Assembly (NCBI GenBank): GCA_030141605.1
Contig: JAQGDQ010000365.1
Coordinates: forward strand, 106,643 to 170,642
Length of the DNA: 64,000 nucleotides
DNA from: Tubiluchus corallicola
Lineage: Eukaryota; Animalia; Priapulida
Reading direction: 5' to 3'
This document shows positions 40,666-51,332 of the stretch, one piece after another (the stretch's first letter is position 1; each line of letters starts with the position of its first letter). A program made the translations under genes and the position numbers. The notes beneath the pieces were generated by a model that saw only the letters and a list, made by a program, of their open reading frames with translations, did no database searches and was not told the DNA's origin.

Positions 40666-42003
40666 GACACTGTTTCACAAAGTGTGTAAACTAAAAAAAT
40701 ACCGAGGGTTTGGCTATTTATAGCTGGACCCTTTTTTCAAATATAACTAAGAACTGATTCAAGACAATGCCCCAGTTTCTGATTGGCATTGACCATTTTT
40801 TAGTTGCTTCTCTGGTTGCCAAAAATACAGATTTCATTACAGCCTGGTCTGACGGGAATGAAAGTTTGTTTTTTGTGTATTTTCTGATTTTTCCGTTGAG
40901 ATTCTCAATCAGGTTGGTTGTATAAATTATCTTTCTGATTTCCAGCGGAAACTCAAAGAATACTGTTAGGTCTTCCCAGTTGTCTCGCCAGCTTTTAATT
41001 GCGTAAGAGTATTTATCCTCCCAAGCTGATGCAAAATCTTCTAAAGCTGCTTTTGCAGCCTCTTTTGTAGGGGCATTATAGATTTGCTTCATATCTTTTG
41101 TAAATGCCTTTTTATCTTTCCAAACCACGTATCTGCTTGCGTTACGGATTTGATGAACAACACATATTTGTGTTTTCGATTCAGGGAAAACAGTTCGGAT
41201 AGTATCTGTAAAACCATTCAAGTTATCTGTTGCCGTAATCAGAATATCGTTAACTCCACGGGCTTTTATATCGGTAAGTACGTTCATCCAAAAGGCAGCG
41301 GACTCATTCTTGCCCAACCATAAGCCAAGAACCTCTTTTTTCCCATCTCTGCGAAGTCCTACGGCAATGTAAACGGTTTTGTTGATGACCTTAGAGTTCT
41401 CCCGCACTTTAAATACAATGCCATCCATCCAAACAATTAGGTATACAATTTCCAGAGGTCGGTTCTGCCACGCTACAATGTCGTTGGTGACTGAATCGGT
41501 AATCCTTGATATGGTGGATGTAGAAACTTCAAAACCGTATAGCTCCCGAATTTGCTCTTCAATATCGCTATTACTCATTCCTTTAGCATAAAACGAAACA
41601 ATGATATTCTCTAAGCCATCGACCATGTTCCCTCCTTTGGGTACAATCATCGGATTAAACGAAGCATCACGGTCTCGGGGACCCTGAATGTTGGATTCTC
41701 CCAGAGTGGTTCGGACTCTCTTCTCTGAATAGCCATTGCGGGCATTCTGATTATCCGATTTTTGATTCTTATCATAGCCTAAATGACCATCGAGTTCTCC
41801 TTCAAGCATCTTTTCAATGCCTCGTTTTTGGAGCTCTTGTAAAAAACCATTGAGCTCTTCCCCTGAATTAAACTGTTCAAGGAAATCATCATTTAATAAA
41901 TCTTCTTTTTTCATTACTGTCTAAAGTTTTAAAATTAAACAAAAAAATGCCGAGGGTTGCAACCCTCGGCATTTTCTATTTACACAGTTTATGAGATAGT
42001 GCT
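40666..42003 (-). mobile_element. IS256-family element, copy B (1338 bp, intact), nested inside copy C
   Basis: Both IRs present. 8-bp target duplication gacccttt at 40658-40665 and 42004-42011. Confidence 0.95.
40718..41914 (-). CDS. IS256 transposase (copy B)
   Basis: [33 protein letters not shown] motifs. Confidence 0.97.
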   Translation of the reverse strand: MKKEDLLNDDFLEQFNSGEELNGFLQELQKRGIEKMLEGELDGHLGYDKNQKSDNQNARNGYSEKRVRTTLGESNIQGPRDRDASFNPMIVPKGGNMVDGLENIIVSFYAKGMSNSDIEEQIRELYGFEVSTSTISRITDSVTNDIVAWQNRPLEIVYLIVWMDGIVFKVRENSKVINKTVYIAVGLRRDGKKEVLGLWLGKNESAAFWMNVLTDIKARGVNDILITATDNLNGFTDTIRTVFPESKTQICVVHQIRNASRYVVWKDKKAFTKDMKQIYNAPTKEAAKAALEDFASAWEDKYSYAIKSWRDNWEDLTVFFEFPLEIRKIIYTTNLIENLNGKIRKYTKNKLSFPSDQAVMKSVFLATREATKKWSMPIRNWGIVLNQFLVIFEKRVQL

Positions 42004-43191
42004 GACCCTTTTTTCAAATATAACTAAGAACTGATTCAAGACAATGCCCCAGTTTCTGATTGGCATTGACCATTTTTTAGTTGCTTCTCTGGTTGCCAAA
42101 AATACAGATTTCATTACAGCCTGGTCTGACGGGAATGAAAGTTTGTTTTTTGTGTATTTTCTGATTTTTCCGTTGAGATTCTCAATCAGGTTGGTTGTAT
42201 AAATTATCTTTCTGATTTCCAGCGGAAACTCAAAGAATACTGTTAGGTCTTCCCAGTTGTCTCGCCAGCTTTTAATTGCGTAAGAGTATTTATCCTCCCA
42301 AGCTGATGCAAAATCTTCTAAAGCTGCTTTTGCAGCCTCTTTTGTAGGGGCGTTATAGATTTGCTTCATATCTTTTGTAAATGCCTTTTTATCTTTCCAA
42401 ACCACGTATCTGCTTGCGTTACGGATTTGATGAACAACACATATTTGTGTTTTAGATTCAGGGAAAACAGTTCGGATAGTATCTGTAAAACCATTCAAGT
42501 TATCTGTTGCCGTAATCAGAATATCGTTAACTCCACGAGCTTTCATATCGGTAAGTACGTTCATCCAAAAGGCAGCGGACTCACTCTTGCCCAACCATAA
42601 GCCAAGAACCTCTTTTTTCCCATCTCTGCGAAGTCCTACGGCAATGTAAACGGTTTTGTTGACGACCTTAGAGTTCTCCCGCACTTTAAATACAATGCCA
42701 TCCATCCAAACAATTAGGTATACAGTTTCCAGAGGTCGGTTCTGCCACGCTACAATGTCGTTGGTGACTGAATCGGTAATCCTTGATATGGTGGATGTGG
42801 AAACTTCAAAACCGTATAGCTCCCGAATTTGCTCTTCAATATCGCTATTACTCATTCCTTTAGCATAAAACGAAACAATGATATTCTCTAAGCCATCAAC
42901 CATGTTCCCTCCTTTGGGTACAATCATCGGATTAAACGAAGCATCACGGTCTCGGGGAACCTGAATGTTGGATTCGCCCAGAGTGGTTCGGACTCTCTTC
43001 TCTGAATAGCCATTGCGGGCATTCTGATTATCCGATTTTTGATTCTTATCATAGCCTAAATGACCATCGAGTTCTCCTTCAAGCATCTTTTCAATGCCTC
43101 GTTTTTGGAGCTCTTGTAAAAAACCATTGAGCTCTTCCCCTGAATTAAATTGTTCAAGGAAATCATCATTTAATAAATCTTCTTTTTTCAT
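41989..43191 (-). CDS. IS256 transposase (copy C) with altered C-terminus (KRVSTIS)
   Basis: Nearly identical to copy B. Reads into the IR of copy B. Confidence 0.95.
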   Translation of the reverse strand: MKKEDLLNDDFLEQFNSGEELNGFLQELQKRGIEKMLEGELDGHLGYDKNQKSDNQNARNGYSEKRVRTTLGESNIQVPRDRDASFNPMIVPKGGNMVDGLENIIVSFYAKGMSNSDIEEQIRELYGFEVSTSTISRITDSVTNDIVAWQNRPLETVYLIVWMDGIVFKVRENSKVVNKTVYIAVGLRRDGKKEVLGLWLGKSESAAFWMNVLTDMKARGVNDILITATDNLNGFTDTIRTVFPESKTQICVVHQIRNASRYVVWKDKKAFTKDMKQIYNAPTKEAAKAALEDFASAWEDKYSYAIKSWRDNWEDLTVFFEFPLEIRKIIYTTNLIENLNGKIRKYTKNKLSFPSDQAVMKSVFLATREATKKWSMPIRNWGIVLNQFLVIFEKRVSTIS

Positions 43192-43265
43192 TACTGTCTA
43201 AAGTTTTAAAATTAAACAAAAAAATGCCGAGGGTTGCAACCCTCGGCATTTTCTATTTACACAGT

Positions 43266-44321
43266 TTATGAGATAGTATTATCTTTTTTATAGTTCTTAA
43301 CCATTTTACCAAAGTCTTTGTCTTTTTTGCGTTTCTCTGCAACCGTAGATTCGAAGTGTTCTTTTTCTCTTTCCAACTTCAAGTAGTTTTCGTAAGAAGA
43401 TTTTTCGATGACTCCATTCTCAACAGCTTCAAGGACAGCACAGCCAATCTCATTGATATGAGTACAGTCTTTAAACTTACATTCTTCTGCCAGACTGTAA
43501 ATAACATCGAATGTTGTTTCAAGCCCATAGGAGGAATCTGTAATTCCCACTTCTCTCATTCCCGGGTTGTCGATTAAAACTCCTCCATTTTCTAGAACAA
43601 TCAGCTCCCTGTGACTTGATACGTGCCGTCCTTTGTTTGAGCTTTCGCTAATCTCTCCGGTTTTCATCACATTTTTTCCTGACAAATTATTCAGCAAAGT
43701 AGATTTGCCAACTCCTGACGATCCCAACATACAATAAGTTTTACCTTTTGCTATAGTTTTGGCCAGGCCCTCGTACCCAATGCGGGTTTCGTTGCTTATG
43801 GCAAAAACAGGAGTGTCTTTAATACGCTGTTTTATGTTTTCTATTAACTCTGCAATCCGCTGTTTATCTATTAAATCAATTTTTGTTAAAATGATAATAG
43901 GTTCCACTTTCCCTGCATAACAAATAGTCAGAAATCTTTCAAACCTGTTAATACTAAAATCCCTATCGATGGCTTGCATTAAAAATGCATAGTCAATATT
44001 TGTGGCAATAATCTGAACCTCGCCATGGTGCCCAACGGCCTGTCTTTTAATCGTTGAAAATCTTGGTAGTATCTTGTGAATGATTGCACTTTCAGCATCG
44101 AAAATGGTGAGTGCCACCCAGTCGCCAACTGCAGGGAAATCTTCTCTGCTTTTTGCTGTGAATCGCATGTTTCCAATTATCTCGGCTTCAAATTCGCCAC
44201 TTTTTGTACGAACCACGTATCGTTCTTTGTGCTCCGTTATGACGCGTCCAACTTCAAAATCACCTAGAGAATTCTTAATTCTATAGTCTTCAAAGTCCTT
44301 AGTATATCCTAAATCGTACAT
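43266..44321 (-). CDS. rsgA: Ribosome small subunit-dependent GTPase A; stop codon supplied by the IS end
   Basis: AVGDW, TKID, GSSGVGKS, DNPGMRE, CKFKDCTH..E.GC motifs. Confidence 0.92.
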   Translation of the reverse strand: MYDLGYTKDFEDYRIKNSLGDFEVGRVITEHKERYVVRTKSGEFEAEIIGNMRFTAKSREDFPAVGDWVALTIFDAESAIIHKILPRFSTIKRQAVGHHGEVQIIATNIDYAFLMQAIDRDFSINRFERFLTICYAGKVEPIIILTKIDLIDKQRIAELIENIKQRIKDTPVFAISNETRIGYEGLAKTIAKGKTYCMLGSSGVGKSTLLNNLSGKNVMKTGEISESSNKGRHVSSHRELIVLENGGVLIDNPGMREVGITDSSYGLETTFDVIYSLAEECKFKDCTHINEIGCAVLEAVENGVIEKSSYENYLKLEREKEHFESTVAEKRKKDKDFGKMVKNYKKDNTIS

Positions 44322-44325
44322 ACAA

Positions 44326-44616
44326 TCATACTCGTGGCCTATTATCTAAAATGCTTGCTTCTCCAAATGACTGCCCTGTAATCAAATAATTTAGCAAGTC
44401 TTCTTTTTTTTGGTGTATATTTTGCTTAACTACAGCTATTCCATTGGCTATTATATATAGCTTATCCCCATTATCTCCTTGGTTTACGATAATATCGTCT
44501 TTTTTAAATTTTTCTATAAAGAAGCAAGGGATAATATTCTCTATAATCTTTTGGTTCAAATTACCAAAAAGAACGGAATTTTTTAAACACTGCTTTATGT
44601 TTTCTTGTGCGCACAT
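44326..44616 (-). pseudogene. Truncated cyclic-nucleotide-binding (Crp/Fnr-like) protein
   Basis: QGDNGDKLYII..G and GQSFGEASILDNRPR, then an immediate stop. TATCTTTG promoter-like element upstream of ATG 44616. Confidence 0.65.
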
Positions 44617-44750
44617 GCTTTCACTCTCCCAAAGGTTTAGTAAAGGCAAAGATATTAATTTCTTAAGATAATTTGGGCAACGCTGCAAACAAAAAGGATG
44701 AAACTTCAAAGCTTTTCTTTTGGTTATAGAAAAATATCAACTTTAAAGCA

Positions 44751-45500
44751 CTATTTTTTCCACACATAAGACGCTGTAAACAGAAATGCAGGGAAAACAG
44801 CACTATTATCAGAGGAGGGAATGAGGTCAATTTTTCTAATAAAAGCATCAAGATTAAATCCTACACCGAATTGGAAAAACGATGTTTTTGAGGCTTGCAC
44901 TGCCATGTTTAGCTGCGCTCTCATGACAACTCCCGGCACTACGGATGTTCCTTTAAAACGAAAAAAACTCGCCCTATCTACTATTTCTGAAAAAGAAACG
45001 TCAGTAGTATAAGGTACTTCTTTTATCCCACCATCTTTTTCTATTTTAACATAGTAAGGTTTTTCTATTCCAAGGTTTATTCCTGCTGACACGTTAGCCC
45101 TTAATACTACGCCCGCCACAATAGAACGCTGTGCGATTGTGTGTTCTAGGTTATATAAGAATCTTAAATTATATAAATAGTTGGCTTTGCCTAAAATGAA
45201 AGCGCCATATTGAGGTGTTTGATATTTCTCTTCTTGTGGGTGTTTTAAGTTGGTAATATTGGCTTCTATACCATGAAGCAAGTTGTCGCGAAATATCCAC
45301 ATTCGCTTAGTTCCTATTCCTCCTATCCACCCTGTATTAGTACCTATAAGCAAACTAAAATGCCACTCTATTGTTCGACTGTCAATATCTAATGTATCCT
45401 CATGTTGTAAGGTAGATGATTTTTCAAACATACTTTGCCCTTGAGCTTGAGCAATTGCAGAAGTGCTAATTAGCAATATAGATAGAAGTATCCAGCGCAT
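44751..45500 (-). CDS. Hypothetical secreted/outer-membrane beta-barrel-like protein
   Basis: Signal peptide, KHPQE, GKAN and KPYY motifs, alternating beta-strands, aromatic C-terminus. Confidence 0.6.
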   Translation of the reverse strand: MRWILLSILLISTSAIAQAQGQSMFEKSSTLQHEDTLDIDSRTIEWHFSLLIGTNTGWIGGIGTKRMWIFRDNLLHGIEANITNLKHPQEEKYQTPQYGAFILGKANYLYNLRFLYNLEHTIAQRSIVAGVVLRANVSAGINLGIEKPYYVKIEKDGGIKEVPYTTDVSFSEIVDRASFFRFKGTSVVPGVVMRAQLNMAVQASKTSFFQFGVGFNLDAFIRKIDLIPSSDNSAVFPAFLFTASYVWKK

Positions 45501-45582
45501 GAGTTTATTTTCTTAGCAAAACACCAGCAAAGGTAAGGTTAAGTTATTAAAAATAAAAATAATATTTATCTTTTGCCTGCTT

Positions 45583-47142
45583 CTATTTGGCAAATGCAAC
45601 GGATCTTGTTTCTCGTATAGCTGTAACTTTTATTTGCCCTGGGTATTGCATTGTTTCTTGTATTTTTTGAGAAATATCAAATGATATTTGTTGTGATTTT
45701 GTATCATCAACAACATCGGCATCTACTATAACTCTCAATTCTCTTCCTGCTTGTATTGCAAAACATTTGTTAACTCCATCAAAGCTCAAAGCAATTTCTT
45801 CTAGCTCTTTTATGCGCTTTATATAAAGCTCCATAATTTCTTTTCTTGCACCCGGTCTTGAGCCTGAAATGGCATCACATACCTGCACAATGGGAGCCAT
45901 TAATGTAAGCATTTCTGTCTCGTCATGATGGGCTCCAATGGCATTGCAAACATCAGGATGTTCATTATATTTTTTAGCAAGTTCCATTCCTAGCAAAGCA
46001 TGTGGGATTTCGGGCTCTTCTGTCCATACTTTTCCAATATCATGCAATAGCCCTGCTCTTCTAAGTAGTTTGGCGTTCAGCCCAAGGTTAGAACCCATTA
46101 CAGCACATAAGTTAGCAACTTCGCGAGAGTGTTGCAGTAGGTTCTGCCCATACGATGATCTATAACGCAGCCTACCTATTAATTTTACTAATTCGGCATG
46201 CATTCCATGCACTCCCAAATCTATACATGTTTTTTCTCCTATTTCAATAATATCCTCTTGTATTTGCTTGGTTACCGTTCTTACTACTTCTTCTATTTTT
46301 GCAGGGTGTATTCTGCCATCTGTAACCAATTTTTGCAGTGCAAGGCGTGTAACCTCTCTTCTTACTGGATCAAATCCTGAGATAATGATTGCATCGGGGG
46401 TATCATCAATTATAATTTCTACTCCTGTTGCACTTTCTAGTGCTCTTATGTTTCTTCCTTCTCTTCCTATTATTTTTCCTTTTATATCGTCACTTTCAAT
46501 GTTAAATATAGAAACGCAATTTTCTATTACTGTTTCTGTCGCTGTGCGCTGAATTGTTTCTATTACTACTTTTTTAGCTTTTTTGGCTGCTGATATTTTT
46601 TCTTCTTCAAAAATTTCTTTTGCATAAAGTGATGCTTTTATTTTTGCTTCATGCTTCAATACTTTTATCAAGTTTTCTTTTGCTTCTTCTGCTGATAAAT
46701 TGGCTGCTTTTTCTAAAACTTTTACTTGTTCATTGGTAAGCCTATCTAATTCGATTTTTCTTTTATTAAGCAATTCCAATTGGGTATTAAGTTCTTCTTT
46801 TCGCTTTGTGTTTTCTTGTTTGTCAGAAGCCAACTCTTTCCATTGCTTATCAATGGCTTGTTCTTTTTGTTTTAATTGGTTTTCGGTAGATAGTATTTGA
46901 TTTTTTCTCTTATTGGCTTCTTCTTCAAATTGGGTTTTAATTTGCAGGTATTTTTCTTTTGCCTCAAGTATTTTATCTTTTTTGAGGTTCTCTGCTTTTA
47001 TTTTTGCTTCTTTTAAAATGAAATCTGAGTCTTTTTCTGCTTTTAAAGTTTTTTGTTTTAAAACCATTTTTGAAAGGAAAAATCCACTTGTGCTTCCTAT
47101 CAATAATGCAATGATAGCAATTATAATTACTGTTATTGTCAT
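45583..47142 (-). CDS. rny: Ribonuclease Y
   Basis: TM plus coiled coil, KH domain IIGREGRNIR, HD domain LLHDIGK. Confidence 0.96.
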   Translation of the reverse strand: MTITVIIIAIIALLIGSTSGFFLSKMVLKQKTLKAEKDSDFILKEAKIKAENLKKDKILEAKEKYLQIKTQFEEEANKRKNQILSTENQLKQKEQAIDKQWKELASDKQENTKRKEELNTQLELLNKRKIELDRLTNEQVKVLEKAANLSAEEAKENLIKVLKHEAKIKASLYAKEIFEEEKISAAKKAKKVVIETIQRTATETVIENCVSIFNIESDDIKGKIIGREGRNIRALESATGVEIIIDDTPDAIIISGFDPVRREVTRLALQKLVTDGRIHPAKIEEVVRTVTKQIQEDIIEIGEKTCIDLGVHGMHAELVKLIGRLRYRSSYGQNLLQHSREVANLCAVMGSNLGLNAKLLRRAGLLHDIGKVWTEEPEIPHALLGMELAKKYNEHPDVCNAIGAHHDETEMLTLMAPIVQVCDAISGSRPGARKEIMELYIKRIKELEEIALSFDGVNKCFAIQAGRELRVIVDADVVDDTKSQQISFDISQKIQETMQYPGQIKVTAIRETRSVAFAK

Positions 47143-47194
47143 AGTTATTAAATTAAGTATGAACAACGAAAAACGTTCTATCCAACGAGGTGAT

Positions 47195-47494
47195 TTAACT
47201 TATTGACGAGATAGTGTTATTTATGCTTTTTAATTTATGCAGAATTTTATGATTTTCGTCTTGATATAACTCTTCCTTTTGTGTCTTTTGAAAAAGATTA
47301 TCAAATGCTACAAAGAAAAGTAAATCTTGTTTATCTCCAACTCTTAAATTCAACTTTTCTTTGTATGTTTTCATTGCTTGGTTTAAGCTTTCTGCTGTAC
47401 GTCGTACTTGGTCTTCTTTATCTTTTTCTACAGTTAATGGATAATTTCTGCCTGCAACTGTTACCGTTACTGTTATGGTAGCTTTTTTATTCAT
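47195..47494 (-). CDS. zapA: Cell division protein ZapA
   Basis: VAGRNYPL and DKQDLL motifs. pheT-x-zapA-rny context. Confidence 0.85.
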   Translation of the reverse strand: MNKKATITVTVTVAGRNYPLTVEKDKEDQVRRTAESLNQAMKTYKEKLNLRVGDKQDLLFFVAFDNLFQKTQKEELYQDENHKILHKLKSINNTISSIS

Positions 47495-47514
47495 ACATCT
47501 ATGTTATAAGACAC

Positions 47515-47820
47515 TTATAGCTCAAAGTGTTGTATACACTCGTCTATCTCCTTCACATAATGGTCTATCTTTTTTTTTACCTCTAATAATTCTTTTTCGT
47601 TTTTGTTATTCTTTATTGTATTTATTGTATAATTCGAATTTATTTGAGCTCTAAAATTAGAAATTTGAGACTCTTGTTGTTTTAATGTATTCTCTAATTT
47701 TTCATTTTTTACTTTTAGCTGCTGACATTTCATTTTCAAGTTATTGCGTTCATTTACCAACAAAGCTACTTTGCGTTCTAATAATTGCAACTCTTCTCGT
47801 ATTTTTTTACTTATTGTCAT
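47515..47820 (-). CDS. Coiled-coil protein (ZapB-like)
   Basis: Heptad pattern, KKKIDHYVKEIDECI C-terminus, position upstream of zapA. Confidence 0.7.
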   Translation of the reverse strand: MTISKKIREELQLLERKVALLVNERNNLKMKCQQLKVKNEKLENTLKQQESQISNFRAQINSNYTINTIKNNKNEKELLEVKKKIDHYVKEIDECIQHFEL

Positions 47821-50228
47821 TTTCTTATTACAGCACCTAATAATTTTTCAAATGTTGCTATTAACTCTTCCATTGTTTCACTTATCTGCTGATTTGTCAA
47901 TGTCTGCTTGTCATCTTGTAATGTAAAGTTTAGTGAATATGCTTTTTTATTTGCTCCTATTTCTTCTCCTTCGTAAAAATCAAAGATATTAATTTTTTTT
48001 AGGATAGCAAACTTTTTTTTATCTACTATTTCTTTTACTTGTTGAAATGTTATTTTCTTATCTACTACTAATGATATATCTCTTCTTACCTCTGGATATT
48101 TGGGTATTTCTTTATATAATACTTTCTGCTTTATATTCATCAATAATTCATAATTCATTTCTCCATAAAACACATTTTGTGATATTTCTGTTAGCTGTGT
48201 TACGTTTTTTTGCAACAAACCAAGCTGTGCTACCAACAAATTATTTACTGTTATATTTAATCCATATTGAAAAATAGTATTACTAAATTTTTGCACTTCA
48301 TAATCTTTTACAATAAATGCTTTTATTAATAAATGAACGGCAGCATAAAAGTCATGAAAAGAAAGGGGTGTCGGTTTTGTCATCCAATTTTCTTTTTCTT
48401 TATTTCCTGTTGCCCACAATCCTAATACCTTTTTTTCTTTATATTTGTTTGCTACTTTTGAGTATATTTTTCCAAACTCAAAAAATTTAAGTTCTTTTTG
48501 TTTCCTATTAATATTATATGCTATTGTTTCCAATCCTGAAAAGAGCAAGGATTGCCGCATTACTGCTAAATCTTCACTAAGTTTATTGAATATTTCAACA
48601 TTATCATTAGAGTTAAACGCTTTTTGATTGTCTGTATAAAATTGTTTGGTCAAAGAATTTGTAACTATTTCATAGTAGCCGTTGGCAACTAATAATTCTG
48701 AGGCTTGCATTTGTAGTTTATCAATATCTTTGGCAGGAAAGTTTGCTAAATAGTTACTTGATAATATATCAGACAACTCTATATTATCATAGCCGTAGAT
48801 TCTTAAAATTTCTTCTATAATGTCTACCTCTCTTGTTACGTCTACTCTATATGGTGGAACTAAAACCGTTACTTGTTTATCATTTTCTTTAATTATTTTC
48901 ATTTCCAAATTTTTCAGAGTAGTCTTGATTTCTTCTTTATCTATTTTTACTCCTATCAATTTGTCTACATTCTTATAATTTATTGTTACTTCAAAATCTT
49001 TTATCTTTTTAGGATAGATATCTATTACATCAGATGATATTTCTCCTCCTGTCAACTCCTTTATAAGCAATGCTGCTCTCTTCAAAGCATATACTGTAAT
49101 ATTGGGATCTGTTCCTCTTTCATATCTAAAGGCAGCATCTGTTTTCAAGTCATGATGCAGCGACGTGTTTCTAATATATTGAGGGGAAAAATAGGCGCTT
49201 TCAAGAAAAATATTTTGAGTTTCTGGTTTTACTCCTGATTTATCTCCACCAAAAACTCCTGCTATACACATGCTCTCTTTTTCATTGCATATCATCAAGT
49301 CTTTGGCAGTGAGTGCGTATTCCTTTTTGTCAAGAGCAACAAAAGGTGTGCGGTCAGGAAGTGTTTTTACGATTACTTTTCTGCCTATTATCTTATCAGC
49401 GTCAAAAGGATGAAGCGGTTGTCCCATTTCATGCAACACAAAATTAGTAGCATCTACTACGTTGTTAATTGGTTCAAGGGATATGGAGCGCAATTTTTGT
49501 TTAAGCCATTCGGGAGACTCTTTTATTTCTACATTGGTAATTACAACACCTGAATAGCGTGGGCAGGCTTCTTGATTCTCTACTACTATATCTATATTAT
49601 AGCTCTGGTTTTCGACATAAAAATTTGATACATCTGGCAAAGTAAGCTCTTTTTTCAATAATGCTTTCAAATCCCTTGCTACTCCTATATGTGAAATGGC
49701 ATCTGCTCTATTAGGTGTTATTCCTATCTCTAACACCTCATCCGTTTGTATATTAAAATATGTTGATGCAGGGGTGCCGTTAGGCAAATCTGTGTCCAAC
49801 ACCATTATTCCATCATGCACATTACTTATACCTATTTCGTCTTCTGCACAAATCATTCCTTCTGATACTTCTCCGCGTATTTTCGTTTTTTTTATTTTAA
49901 ACTCTTGTTTGTCAAAAGTGCACAATGTTGCTCCAACTGTTGCCACAACTACTTTTTGTCTTTCTGCTATATTTGAAGCCCCACATACTATTGGCTTAAT
50001 GTTTCCATTTCCTATGTCAACCTCAGTAAGTTGCAGTCTGTCTGCATTGGGGTGGGGAGTTATCTTTAATATCTCTCCTATCACAACACCTTTTAGTCCT
50101 CCTTTTACCTGCTCTGCTTTTTCTATGCCTTCTACTTCAAGTCCCAACATAGTGAGCATATTCGCCGTTTCTTCTGCTGTTTTGTCTAATGCAATATATT
50201 TTTTTAACCAGTTATATGAGATCTTCAT
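47817..50228 (-). CDS. pheT: Phenylalanine-tRNA ligase beta subunit
   Basis: MKISYNWL, HPNADRL, IVCGA, TPNRAD, VRRD motifs. Confidence 0.97.
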   Translation of the reverse strand: MKISYNWLKKYIALDKTAEETANMLTMLGLEVEGIEKAEQVKGGLKGVVIGEILKITPHPNADRLQLTEVDIGNGNIKPIVCGASNIAERQKVVVATVGATLCTFDKQEFKIKKTKIRGEVSEGMICAEDEIGISNVHDGIMVLDTDLPNGTPASTYFNIQTDEVLEIGITPNRADAISHIGVARDLKALLKKELTLPDVSNFYVENQSYNIDIVVENQEACPRYSGVVITNVEIKESPEWLKQKLRSISLEPINNVVDATNFVLHEMGQPLHPFDADKIIGRKVIVKTLPDRTPFVALDKKEYALTAKDLMICNEKESMCIAGVFGGDKSGVKPETQNIFLESAYFSPQYIRNTSLHHDLKTDAAFRYERGTDPNITVYALKRAALLIKELTGGEISSDVIDIYPKKIKDFEVTINYKNVDKLIGVKIDKEEIKTTLKNLEMKIIKENDKQVTVLVPPYRVDVTREVDIIEEILRIYGYDNIELSDILSSNYLANFPAKDIDKLQMQASELLVANGYYEIVTNSLTKQFYTDNQKAFNSNDNVEIFNKLSEDLAVMRQSLLFSGLETIAYNINRKQKELKFFEFGKIYSKVANKYKEKKVLGLWATGNKEKENWMTKPTPLSFHDFYAAVHLLIKAFIVKDYEVQKFSNTIFQYGLNITVNNLLVAQLGLLQKNVTQLTEISQNVFYGEMNYELLMNIKQKVLYKEIPKYPEVRRDISLVVDKKITFQQVKEIVDKKKFAILKKINIFDFYEGEEIGANKKAYSLNFTLQDDKQTLTNQQISETMEELIATFEKLLGAVIRK

Positions 50229-50731
50229 TGTCTTGTAGCTTTGTGCTGTGGGTTAGGAAAATCAATTTTACAAATTTAAATTTTTATTTTTGTTTTTTCG
50301 GCTTCTCTATAAAATTTATTATATAAATTAATACAAGGCAATACAACCATCTTGCAGAAAATTTTTGCGTTGCCAAAATACGTTCTTTATAAATAAATTC
50401 ATGTCCGCTTTTTTCATTTTATCCCTTATCATTAGTGGGACTTACCGACAAATCATCTCCCTCAATAAAAAAAGATGGTTAGGTAACGCATAATAAATAA
50501 TCAATAGAAGATATGAGGAGTAGATTATTATAGACCAATGGGTCAGTTATGCCCGCTGGTTGTCGTGAACACAGAAAGCAATTTTGTTAATAAAAGAAGG
50601 GTTAAAGTACTTAGTGGTCAGATTTTGGGCACAAATAGTATTGAGGAAAATAGTTAAAACAATCTATCTATTACTACAAGTATTTTCTGCAATGACTGTG
50701 TAGAGTACTGATGAGGTAAAGTTGTTTGCTG

Positions 50732-51328
50732 TTAAAAGGGCAATATGCTCTCTAATAAATCTTCTTTTTTCAAAATATGTATTATAGTTAAGGCAACACC
50801 CAAAGTAATAACACTAATAGAAAAGCCCCAAACAGCTATTTTACGTGTTTTGATATTAAAGGCGTACGCCTCTCTAAGTATTTTAACTTCTAATTCAGCT
50901 CTTTTCTCCAATGCTTTTTTCACTTCTTGCCGAATTTTCTCTTTTATCTTATATCCCCCATCATCAATAAATTCTATTCCTTGTGTGGTAATTTTAAAAC
51001 GTGCAAGTATGTTTCCCGCAACCCATGTTATTTTAATATAGCCGTCGTTTTCTAGCTTGATTAAAAGTTTTTCTATATACTCTTTTCTTTCATTAATTTC
51101 AGGCACATCTTCGGCTTTACTTTTTTCTTCATTTTCTATCTGCTCATCGTCTGGTTTTTGTGTTCGTTCGATTACATTTTGCACAAGTACATTAGAAGAA
51201 ATAGGCTTTTTGTCTCCTAATTGAAGGTTAAACACAACATCATTTAGAGTTAATTCTCCCCAAGGATATTTTTGTCTATTCTCTTTGGTAAACTTTAATA
51301 AGCTATCTAATTCTATAATACTATACAT
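50732..51328 (-). CDS. Hypothetical protein (possible winged helix plus C-terminal TM)
   Basis: 198-aa ORF with KLENDGYI...ITTQGIEF pattern and a hydrophobic C-terminus. Confidence 0.55.
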   Translation of the reverse strand: MYSIIELDSLLKFTKENRQKYPWGELTLNDVVFNLQLGDKKPISSNVLVQNVIERTQKPDDEQIENEEKSKAEDVPEINERKEYIEKLLIKLENDGYIKITWVAGNILARFKITTQGIEFIDDGGYKIKEKIRQEVKKALEKRAELEVKILREAYAFNIKTRKIAVWGFSISVITLGVALTIIHILKKEDLLESILPF

Positions 51329-51332
51329 TTTA

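Larger units (their letters stand above)
40636..43280 (-). mobile_element. IS256-family element, copy C, interrupted by copy B
   Basis: 40636-40665 joined to 42012-43277 reconstructs the element. One end lies in the gap. The other ends gatagtatt instead of gatagtgct. Confidence 0.9.

Noticed and set aside
47143-47194. 6S RNA between zapA and rny
   Set aside because: The spacer is only about 50 bp, too short.
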